A stretch of 64,000 bases of DNA from positions 12,477 to 76,476 of the forward strand of contig NJBL01000001.1 of the NCBI GenBank assembly GCA_005223145.1, written 5' to 3'. The first letter of the stretch is position 1. Each line of letters begins with the position of its first letter. Position numbers and translations under genes: made by a program. Origin of the DNA: a bacterium (candidate division B38) B3_B38. Lineage in GTDB: Bacteria > Acidobacteriota > B3-B38 > Guanabaribacteriales > B3-B38. Below the pieces are notes generated by a model that did not search any database, had not been told where the DNA came from, and saw nothing but the letters and a program-made list of their open reading frames with translations. Of the stretch, positions 56,305 through 64,000 are shown piece by piece.

Positions 56305-57512
56305 AATTAGCCTTTGTCATCCAGCGGTATGGCGCCTCGGTAACCGGAGGGGCGGAGACCCTGTGCTATCAGTTGGCAAGGCGCCTTAGCCCCTGGTATA
56401 AGATCACCGTCATCACCACCTGTGCCCAGGATTATACCACCTGGAAGAACCACTTCCCCGCAGGAGAGTCGACCCTGGAGGGAATCAGGGTCTTAAGATT
56501 TCCGACGAAAAGAGAACGGGATATGACGGCTTTTAACCGCTATTCCGATTGGCTTTACAAAAACCCCCATCGGAAGGAAGACGAGCACCACTGGCTGGAG
56601 CTTCAGGGACCCCACGCCCCCTCCTTAATCGAATATGTCAAAGGGCACAGTGATGACTTTGACCTGTTCATCTTTTTCACCTATCTCTATTACCCCACAT
56701 ATTGGGGTTTGAAGGAACTGGGAGATAAGAGCATCCTCCTGCCCACCGCTCATCAAGAGCCCCCTATATTTCTGAATATTTACCAGAAGGTGTTCAGCTC
56801 GCCTGTGGGGATAATCTTCAATACCCCTCCAGAGGCTGAATTTGTGCGGAAGAATTTCCCCCTGAAAGGGGTTCTCTCAACTACTATAGGAACCGGAATG
56901 GAAATTCCTGGAAAGCTCCCTGCTAAACAATTTATCCACAAGTACAGGCTCACCAACGCGTATATTCTTTGTGTGGGAAGAATAGAGCCCGGTAAGGGTT
57001 GCCGGGAGCTTTGCCACTACTTCGTCAATTTTAAACAGGGGGAGGACGAGGTGGAATTGGTCTTCATCGGGACCCTGCTGATGGAATTACCCCGGCATCC
57101 CAGCATAAGGTATTTAGGCTACCTTTCCGAGGAGGAGAAGTTAGCCGCCATGAAAAAAGCCGAGGTGGTGGTGATACCATCCCCTCTGGAGAGTCTCTCC
57201 TTGAGCCTGCTGGAGGCTTTCTCGGTCAGAACTCCAGTGCTGGTGGATGAAAGGAGCGAGGTTCTCAAGGAGCACTGCCTGCGGAGCAACGGAGGTCTCT
57301 ATTACAGGGGGTACGATGAGTTTTATTATAGCTTGAAGCTCCTCTTATCAAGCGGGCAATTGAGGAGATTGATGGGAGATAACGGTTTTACCTATGTGAG
57401 GGAAAATTACGATTGGCAAAAGATTGTTAAGCGTTACACGGAATTTATAAGCCTGGTCTTTCAACAAGTTCGGGAAAGGAAAAAACACTCTTCAAACCCC
57501 TCCATTCCTTGA
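56301..57512 (+). CDS. Glycosyltransferase, GT4-like (type A', paralog of 52890)
   Basis: LAFVIQRYGASVTGGAETLCYQ N-terminus. PSPLESLSLSLLEAFSVRTP. Confidence 0.75.
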   Translation: MKLAFVIQRYGASVTGGAETLCYQLARRLSPWYKITVITTCAQDYTTWKNHFPAGESTLEGIRVLRFPTKRERDMTAFNRYSDWLYKNPHRKEDEHHWLELQGPHAPSLIEYVKGHSDDFDLFIFFTYLYYPTYWGLKELGDKSILLPTAHQEPPIFLNIYQKVFSSPVGIIFNTPPEAEFVRKNFPLKGVLSTTIGTGMEIPGKLPAKQFIHKYRLTNAYILCVGRIEPGKGCRELCHYFVNFKQGEDEVELVFIGTLLMELPRHPSIRYLGYLSEEEKLAAMKKAEVVVIPSPLESLSLSLLEAFSVRTPVLVDERSEVLKEHCLRSNGGLYYRGYDEFYYSLKLLLSSGQLRRLMGDNGFTYVRENYDWQKIVKRYTEFISLVFQQVRERKKHSSNPSIP

Positions 57513-57517
57513 CCCTA

Positions 57518-58198
57518 TCAGCCTGCGCCCGATTTTCTTCTGTATTCTTGCATGATGTCAACCCCTGCGCTGGTCCCTATGCGTGAAGCCCCTGCTTCTA
57601 CAAGTTCTGTGACCTGCTGAAGAGTTCTTATGCCACCGGAGGCTTTTATCCCGATGTCAGGATGAAGATGATGGCGGATGGCGACCACGTCTTCCACCCG
57701 GGCACCACGGGCGAGGAAACCGGTAGAGGTCTTCACGAAAGCCGGCTTAACCCTGTTGACCACCTCTATCATCCTCTTCAGCTCCCCCTCTGTTAGCAGG
57801 CCCACCTCCACAATCACCTTGTGCAGGCACTCTGGGGTTTTAGAGATTATCCCCTTGAGTTCCCTTTCCAGGTAAGGGAAATCCCCGGATTTCAGAGCCC
57901 CTATGTTGATGACGATATCGAGCTCCTCCGCCCCCTGCCGAAGGGAGTCGATGGCCTCGAATATCTTGCTGGTGGTGGAGTTCCCCCCCAGAGGGAAGCC
58001 AATCACCGTACCTACTTTGACGGGGGCTTTCCTGAGCTTCCTGACGGCAACGGGAAGGTAGCATGGGAGAAGGAAAACAGAGTGAAACCGGTAATTAAGT
58101 GCTTCCTTACACAGGCGAAGGATCTCCTGCTTGTTTGCCTCGGGCTTCAGCAAGGTATGGTCGATGATAGAGGTCAGTTCATATTCAGAGGCAAACAT
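57518..58198 (-). CDS. deoC: Deoxyribose-phosphate aldolase
   Basis: IDHTLLKPEANKQEI N-terminus and Schiff-base lysine region FVKTSTGF. 226 aa. Confidence 0.85.
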   Translation of the reverse strand: MFASEYELTSIIDHTLLKPEANKQEILRLCKEALNYRFHSVFLLPCYLPVAVRKLRKAPVKVGTVIGFPLGGNSTTSKIFEAIDSLRQGAEELDIVINIGALKSGDFPYLERELKGIISKTPECLHKVIVEVGLLTEGELKRMIEVVNRVKPAFVKTSTGFLARGARVEDVVAIRHHLHPDIGIKASGGIRTLQQVTELVEAGASRIGTSAGVDIMQEYRRKSGAG

Positions 58199-58336
58199 CT
58201 CTTCCCCTCCCCAATAAAAAACCCCTTCGCCATGAAGGGGCTTTCGTTATTCACTAATTTAATAAGAAAGTTGCACCCTGTGAGGGAAAAACTTCTTGAG
58301 GACCCTCCTTTTGACTATCCTTTTTGGCTAAAGCGC

Positions 58337-59419
58337 TTATGATAAAGGAGGTGGCGGAGAGGTCTGTTCTGCTTTTTGTAATCGCTTGTTTATGCGGTCA
58401 ATACTCGCTTTGTATTGAGGATCAGGTTTGAGAGTATAAGCCTGCTCGTAAGCTTTGAGGGCATCTTCAAACCGCTTGTTCTTTTCATAAATGAAACCCA
58501 GAGAATCGAATATCGCTGGGTCGTCAGGTAAGAAGCTGGCTGCTCGTAGGAGATAGTCGACTGCTTGTCCAAAGTCTTCTACCATCTTATAAGACTCTCC
58601 CAGCAGCTTCATAGCACTGCCGTTATTCGGCTCAACTTCTAATACTGCTCTGAAAGACTTAATAGCACCCTGATAATTCTTTACCCCCAGATAGGCGTTT
58701 CCCAATATAAAGCGGATTTTTGTATTACGGGGAGCTACTCTCTCCCCCTGCTCTCCTACTCTCACCGCATTGGCAAATTCACCCTTTTTAAGGTAAGCCC
58801 TTCCCAGAAAGACGATAGATTCCGCATCATTGGAGTGAAGCTTTATTGCCTGGCTTAAGGCTTTTATAATTCCGTCGGTATTGTCCAGCTCCACATAGCA
58901 TTTACCAAGATTGCTAAGAACATCGTAATCTTGAGGCAGATGGCGAGCAGCTTCTTCCAGTGCGCTGGCAGCCTGCTTGAAGTTTTTCATATTTATGTAG
59001 CACATCCCCAGCAACTTGTTTAAAGCGCCTTTCTCCTTGGTTTTGGTAGCAAACCCTTTGCTCCTGTTTAAGGTGCTGATAGCCTCCCGATAATTTTTCT
59101 GCATATAGTAAATGTCGGCGAACTCGTATGCAGTAGTGAACTTCTGGCTATTGTCCCGAGTAATTGCCTCAGCCTTCTTAAGTTCGGCTATAGCCTGATT
59201 AAAGTTTCCCAGCTTCTTATAACAACGTCCAATCATAAACTGGGCATACCAGAAATCGGGAGCCATCTCTAAAGAGGCATGAAATTCCTTAATAGCTCCC
59301 TGATAGTCTCCCTGAGTATAGAGCTGATAGCCCTTTTTATGGTCAGCAAAGGATGGAAGGGAGATAAGTAAAGCAAGAATTATCCCTAAAACCGCATTTC
59401 CATATCTTGTGCACCTCAT
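58337..59419 (-). CDS. Secreted TPR-repeat protein
   Basis: Signal peptide and about 8 TPR repeats. Confidence 0.7.
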   Translation of the reverse strand: MRCTRYGNAVLGIILALLISLPSFADHKKGYQLYTQGDYQGAIKEFHASLEMAPDFWYAQFMIGRCYKKLGNFNQAIAELKKAEAITRDNSQKFTTAYEFADIYYMQKNYREAISTLNRSKGFATKTKEKGALNKLLGMCYINMKNFKQAASALEEAARHLPQDYDVLSNLGKCYVELDNTDGIIKALSQAIKLHSNDAESIVFLGRAYLKKGEFANAVRVGEQGERVAPRNTKIRFILGNAYLGVKNYQGAIKSFRAVLEVEPNNGSAMKLLGESYKMVEDFGQAVDYLLRAASFLPDDPAIFDSLGFIYEKNKRFEDALKAYEQAYTLKPDPQYKASIDRINKRLQKAEQTSPPPPLS

Positions 59420-59556
59420 CTCTGCCCTCTCTAAATTCTCTTTGTTTCAACCTCTTTCAATTATTAAAGCCATTATTTCAACAAAAGGATTACCCTTTTC
59501 CCCTCATAAGAAATCAGACCTTTCTCTTTATCTTTATAGCGAGAAGCCGGAAAAGG

Positions 59557-60279
59557 CTACTTTGTAAGTTTAAACTGCACTGTCAGAGCATAGATTACTG
59601 GAACAGGAACACCATTCTGCAAACCTGGTTTAAATTTCCACTGCTTCACCGCCTCCAGGGCAGCGTCATCAAAGCCGAAAGCCTTGCCAGGGCTTCTCAG
59701 TATCCGAGCTTTCACTACATTTCCATTTTCATCGATGATCGCTTCAAGGATTACTATCCCCTCAATCCTCGCCTTGCGGGCTAACTCCGGATATTTGGGA
59801 TACACATCCTTGATTTTTATGGGCGGGGAGACATCCCCTCCTACTCTCAAGGGTTCAGGAGGAAGCTGGGGGGGACCGAAGTCGAATTCAGTGTTAGGCG
59901 GTGGTGGCTCGTATTCATCGACTATCTCAGCCCACTCCTGATAGGGCTCGGGCTCGTCGGGGGTGGGGTCTGGTATCGGTATGGCCCTTGTCTTGGTCTT
60001 CACTGTAGCAGTGGTGGTCCTCTTCGGAGGCTCCTTTTTCCTGGGTGGGGGGAGCTTAAATTGCTTGATAACCACCGCTTTTTCCGCCTTCTTCTCCTCG
60101 GTGACTACTCTTTTAGCTTCGGGAAATACAATCCACATCATCAGAGTATAAAAAGCAATAGAGATTATGGTAGCAACTTTAAGGGGTTTACTCTCCTCCT
60201 CACTGGCGCCATAGTAGGTTCTTAGCATGGCGCTCATTTCTCCCCCTTTAGGGGTTACCTTTTTATCTTCTTGGTTCAT
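59557..60279 (-). CDS. tonB: TonB-family energy transducer
   Basis: N-terminal TM, Pro-rich linker (PPPRKKEPPKR...PDPTPDEPEP), C-terminal TonB domain (GIVILEAIIDENGNV). Confidence 0.7.
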   Translation of the reverse strand: MNQEDKKVTPKGGEMSAMLRTYYGASEEESKPLKVATIISIAFYTLMMWIVFPEAKRVVTEEKKAEKAVVIKQFKLPPPRKKEPPKRTTTATVKTKTRAIPIPDPTPDEPEPYQEWAEIVDEYEPPPPNTEFDFGPPQLPPEPLRVGGDVSPPIKIKDVYPKYPELARKARIEGIVILEAIIDENGNVVKARILRSPGKAFGFDDAALEAVKQWKFKPGLQNGVPVPVIYALTVQFKLTK

Positions 60280-60340
60280 TGCAGCTCCTACACTTCAAAA
60301 GGATAATTCCTTTTAACAGACCTCCTGCTAAAAATTAATC

Positions 60341-60826
60341 TTATTCAGAGACTCCCCCTAACAGATCGCTCCAGGCTTCTATCTCTTTTCGGCTGGGAAT
60401 GGCTATATTTATATGCTTATCGTTGGTAGGGTCATCATCCCGATTTTCGGGATACATATCGAACTCCAGCTGCTTTAGCTCATCGAAGACATCGACCATA
60501 TGGGCATAAAGGGCGTTGGGCTCGCAATGGATTATGACTGGCTTGGTGCGGTTGATCTCCACTTTATTCCTCACATATTCCTGTATCTCCCTGAGCATCA
60601 TCGGTTTCTGGTCTACCATAATGCTTCCATTTTCCAAAATGTGAACGTAGATAGCCTCTTCCGCCCTTGCTAAGGTTGCGGGTGCCTCTTTAGGGAGGTT
60701 GAATAATATCCCTTTACTGACAGCGAATGTCGAGGTTATCATAAAAAGGACTATCAGCAAAAACGCAATATCAGCCATGGAGCAAGTGGGTATCTCGGCC
60801 TCTTCCTTCTTTCTCTGCAATCTCAT
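60341..60826 (-). CDS. exbD: ExbD/TolR biopolymer transport protein
   Basis: MADIAFLLIVLFMITSTF TM signature. Confidence 0.8.
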   Translation of the reverse strand: MRLQRKKEEAEIPTCSMADIAFLLIVLFMITSTFAVSKGILFNLPKEAPATLARAEEAIYVHILENGSIMVDQKPMMLREIQEYVRNKVEINRTKPVIIHCEPNALYAHMVDVFDELKQLEFDMYPENRDDDPTNDKHINIAIPSRKEIEAWSDLLGGVSE

Positions 60827-60827
60827 A

Positions 60828-61256
60828 TCATCGCCCTCCTATTGTCTCCTGCTCGGTTAAAAGGGTTACATTCGCCGCTTTTGCCTGCCTCAACTGGTCC
60901 ATTATGCTGTCAATTATCTCGTATCGGAGATTAGAATCCGCTTTGATGATGAAGCTGTGCAGTGGGTCGTCCCCCAAGACGACTGCTGCGAAAGAGAATA
61001 TATCCCCGATATTGCCAATGGCGTAGCTCTGCTCCTCTCCCGAGGTCACATTTATCAGACCTTCGGAGGTTACAGCAATAATGGCTGCCCCTTCAGGGGT
61101 ATCGGTCCTCTCCATACTTCTGGGGAGGGTGACCGGTGTGCTGTCCACAGCAATTGTGGTGGAGATAATAAACAGAACAATCAGCAAAAAGGCGATGTCA
61201 GCCATGGAGGCGGTAGGGATATAGGCCTTGATATCTGAAGATTTCTTGAATTTCAT
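60828..61256 (-). CDS. exbD: ExbD/TolR biopolymer transport protein (second copy)
   Basis: MADIAFLLIVLFIISTTIAV. Tandem with the previous exbD. Confidence 0.8.
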   Translation of the reverse strand: MKFKKSSDIKAYIPTASMADIAFLLIVLFIISTTIAVDSTPVTLPRSMERTDTPEGAAIIAVTSEGLINVTSGEEQSYAIGNIGDIFSFAAVVLGDDPLHSFIIKADSNLRYEIIDSIMDQLRQAKAANVTLLTEQETIGGR

Positions 61257-61258
61257 TA

Positions 61259-61912
61259 TTATTCACTTCCGCTGGTTGGAGAGGCTTCCATCTCCACAAA
61301 AGTCTCCAGCAACATATTAGAACCGGTCTCCATATCCATCACAAAGCGGGAGACTCGAGATGAAAACCAGTTATAAAATAATAGTGCTGGAACAGCAATA
61401 GCCAACCCTGTTGCTGTAGTGATCAGAGCCTGAGCAATCCCAGCAAAAACAGCCGCTGGATTCTTCAGCCCTTCCCTTGCCAAGGCTTCGAAGGAGACAA
61501 TCATCCCCGCCACCGTGCCCAAGAACCCAAGTAGGGGACTTACATTAGCCACGGTAGCCAGTATCGGCAGACCCCTCTCCAGGCGGGCTAATTCGTGAGT
61601 TACAGCAATCTCTATCGACTTCTCAATCTCTTCATCTGTTGCCCCGTACTTCAGCAAACCAGCCTTCAGAATGTTAGCAATTGGTCCCTTGTATTGTTCG
61701 CAAACGGATATAGCCTCTTTTACGCTCTTCCTCTTCAGCAATGCCACTCTCATCTTGTTAAGAAAATCTTCAACCTTTATCCTCGATTTAGCAAAAACCC
61801 ACCAGCGCTCGATAATAAACGCCAGCCCCAGAATCGCCATCAATAGCAACGGCCACATTACCGGACCGCCCCGCTGAAAATAATTCAAAAGTGTCCCCTG
61901 AATAAAACTCAC
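61259..61912 (-). CDS. exbB: MotA/TolQ/ExbB proton channel protein
   Basis: Three TM helices. Conserved region GLLGTVAGMIVSFEALA. Confidence 0.85.
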   Translation of the reverse strand: MSFIQGTLLNYFQRGGPVMWPLLLMAILGLAFIIERWWVFAKSRIKVEDFLNKMRVALLKRKSVKEAISVCEQYKGPIANILKAGLLKYGATDEEIEKSIEIAVTHELARLERGLPILATVANVSPLLGFLGTVAGMIVSFEALAREGLKNPAAVFAGIAQALITTATGLAIAVPALLFYNWFSSRVSRFVMDMETGSNMLLETFVEMEASPTSGSE

Positions 61913-62328
61913 TTCTAAACCCTCCTAAGCTTTAAGATTGACGATTGGAATAATACGATTTCTAACTTCCCGCGATAGAGCGATATCCGACCTTCTTCTT
62001 GGGCAAATATTACCTTCTTCATCACCTCCCTAACATCACCGTTCCTACTAAATTCTAAATTATAATGACCTTTTATCCCCTTGTCAAGACTTTTTATGAC
62101 TTAATATTTTTATCACACCAGGCTCGTTTCTTTTGAGGTTCTGAACAGAATAAGTGCCTTCCCTCTGATGGTTCTTGGTAAACTATTAACCTAAATACTC
62201 CCTTATCTTTTATTAAATTATAATAATACTCCCTTCTAATATGTAAGTGGAATTACACTTCGCAAGCAGGCTAAGATGCTTGATTTCAACAATGAAAGAA
62301 TTAACAAGCTGGCTTTTATCCGCCCTTT

Positions 62329-63549
62329 TTACTCATACCTTAAGGCTTCGATAGGGTCCAACTTCCCCGCTCGTGCTGCCGGGTATATCCCGAAGAAGAG
62401 CCCTACCAGAGTGGAGAAGCCAAAACCAAGAGCAACAGCCCACAAGGGGACATGAGCTGGAGGCAATTGGGGTATGAGTTTAGTGACTATTGTCCCTAAG
62501 ATGTAACCAAGGAATACACCGATGATGCCGCCTATCAAGCTTAGAATAACAGCTTCTACCAGAAACTGTAAGATAATATCTCTTCTTTTAGCCCCTACTG
62601 CCTTACGGATGCCAATCTCTCTGGTCCTCTCGGTCACTGAAACCAGCATGATGTTCATTATCCCGATACCCCCCACCACCAAAGAGATGCCCACAATTCC
62701 AGCCACTACAGCGGTTACACTACCCAGAATGGTGCTAATTCTCTCCAATAGGTCCTTTTGCAGTAGAACCAGAAAGTCGTCCGGCTGACCGCTCCTCAGG
62801 GAGTGTTGTTTCCTGAGGGTCTCAGTTATCTGTTCCTTAGCCAGCTCCATATTTTCAGTTGATTTAGACCGGAAGTAGAGGATCAAGCTACGAGTAGCCT
62901 CCTCCCCGAAGAGGAGGCGAGAAGCGTTAAAGGGTATAATACAAATATCGTCGGCATTCTGCCCCAGAGCTTGCCCCTTCTCTTCCAGAACCCCTATAAT
63001 GGTGAAGCTATGCTTGTGGATGCTCACCCCTCGTCCCAGGGGGTTCCCCTTTATCCCCAGGTCTTCCACCACTTTGGTCCCCAGCACGCACACCTTCTTG
63101 CGATGGTCATTATCCAATTTGGTGAGAAACCGCCCCCGGTCTACATAGTGATTGTTTATCTCCTGAAAGGATGATGTGGTGCCACATATATTGGTAAAGG
63201 TGTGTTCGTCGGCAAACTTAACCGTTGCCCTTCTCTGTAAAAAGGGGGAAAAGTCCTTAACCTCCGAGGCTCTCTTCTTTACTGCCTGCCCATCTTCATA
63301 GGTGAGCTCAATTCTACCCAGCATTTCCCCTTCATGCCCGCGGGGACGATTAGGAACCACAATTATGAAGTCGGCCCCCGCTGCCTGCAATTCGGAAGTG
63401 ATTAAGTAAGAGAGCCCTTGCACTACGGAGACCACGGCAACCACCGCCGCCACCCCGATTATAATCCCTAAAGTGGTAAGGATTGCTCTTAACTTATTGG
63501 AGTTTAGAGCCTGCATGGCGAGCTTGATATTTTCTACTATCAGCATCAA
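62329..63549 (-). CDS. ABC transporter permease, MacB/FtsX family
   Basis: N-terminal TM, large periplasmic domain, three C-terminal TM helices. 406 aa. Confidence 0.8.
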   Translation of the reverse strand: MMLIVENIKLAMQALNSNKLRAILTTLGIIIGVAAVVAVVSVVQGLSYLITSELQAAGADFIIVVPNRPRGHEGEMLGRIELTYEDGQAVKKRASEVKDFSPFLQRRATVKFADEHTFTNICGTTSSFQEINNHYVDRGRFLTKLDNDHRKKVCVLGTKVVEDLGIKGNPLGRGVSIHKHSFTIIGVLEEKGQALGQNADDICIIPFNASRLLFGEEATRSLILYFRSKSTENMELAKEQITETLRKQHSLRSGQPDDFLVLLQKDLLERISTILGSVTAVVAGIVGISLVVGGIGIMNIMLVSVTERTREIGIRKAVGAKRRDIILQFLVEAVILSLIGGIIGVFLGYILGTIVTKLIPQLPPAHVPLWAVALGFGFSTLVGLFFGIYPAARAGKLDPIEALRYE

Positions 63550-64000
63550 CCCTTCCTCTCATCACTGATAATCTTCCCATCTAACAGGCGGATGACCCTT
63601 TTGGTGTGCCTGGCAATATGCTCTTCGTGAGTGACCACTATTATGGTATTCTCCTGTTCATGGAGCTGGTCAAAGACCTGCATTATCTCCTCCCCCATCT
63701 TGGAGTCGAGATTCCCGGTAGGTTCATCGGCTAACAGAAGGGAGCAGTTATTCACCAGAGCCCGGGCAATTGCTACCCGTTGCCGTTCCCCCCCCGACAG
63801 CTCGCTGGGTTTATGTCTCACCCTATCTCTCAGTCCCACCACTTCCAGTGCTTGAAGAGTTTGTCTCCTCCTCTCCTTGGCTGAGATATTAGAATATATA
63901 AGAGGGAGCTCGACATTTTGTAATGCGTTGGCCCGGGAGAGGAGGTTAAAGGTCTGAAAGACAAAACCGATCTCCTTATTCCTTATCTCCGCCAATCTGT
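63546..64000 (-). CDS. ABC transporter ATP-binding protein (MacB/LolD type); N-terminus lies beyond the window end
   Basis: Signature LSGGERQR and Walker [13 protein letters not shown] are present. Walker A is missing from the window. Confidence 0.8.
   Translation of the reverse strand, partial: RLAEIRNKEIGFVFQTFNLLSRANALQNVELPLIYSNISAKERRRQTLQALEVVGLRDRVRHKPSELSGGERQRVAIARALVNNCSLLLADEPTGNLDSKMGEEIMQVFDQLHEQENTIIVVTHEEHIARHTKRVIRLLDGKIISDERKG

Noticed and set aside
1-64000. CRISPR arrays, tRNA/rRNA genes, transposases or integrases
   Set aside because: No regularly spaced direct repeats, no cloverleaf-like conserved tRNA boxes in intergenic regions, and no ORF with transposase or integrase motifs were seen. 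The only repeat structures are short inverted repeats and the codon-level QTPQ repeat.

Overview
The window is a 64 kb chromosomal segment of an anaerobic Gram-negative bacterium, probably a sulfate-reducer- or syntroph-like Desulfobacterota (deltaproteobacterium). This is inferred from gene content and about 50% GC; no marker gene was examined. Coding density is high on both strands.

Blocks in order:
- (i) Secreted S45 penicillin/AHL-acylase-like Ntn hydrolase, a lipoprotein, an orphan radical-SAM enzyme and a secreted metallo-beta-lactamase-fold protein.
- (ii) Housekeeping genes ghrB-like, folD, coaE and queD.
- (iii) A minus-strand LPS/Kdo block: lapB, lapA, lipid-A acyltransferase, kdsC, kdsA, pyrG, kdsB.
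- (iv) A CDP-alcohol phosphatidyltransferase followed by a zinc-ribbon radical-SAM enzyme.
- (v) A Lol-like lipoprotein sorting module and selA (selenocysteine synthase).
- (vi) An ABC-2 exporter with two permeases and a large anchored periplasmic protein.
- (vii) An AT-rich patch carrying a gene remnant, then an Hsp20 gene interrupted by an in-frame TAG.
- (viii) The centrepiece, an approximately 13 kb plus-strand cluster: hdrA-like (two halves separated only by an in-frame TAG), lpd, gcvH, mvhD, a 1475-aa HdrL-type fusion (HdrA, GltD-like NAD(P)H module, HdrA), a selenocysteine-containing mvhD (in-frame TGA plus downstream hairpin), metV, metF, hdrC, hdrB. This is a MetFV-HdrABC-MvhD type methylene-THF reductase / flavin-based electron-bifurcating locus with a lipoyl-carrier (GcvH) and dihydrolipoyl dehydrogenase embedded in it. 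That embedding is the most interesting, apparently undescribed feature.
- (ix) Tricorn protease, atpZ-atpI-atpB-atpE, a mirrored set of four GT4 glycosyltransferases, deoC, a TPR/TonB/ExbD/ExbD/ExbB module and a MacB-type ABC pair truncated at the window end.

No rRNA, tRNA, CRISPR or obvious transposase was found.
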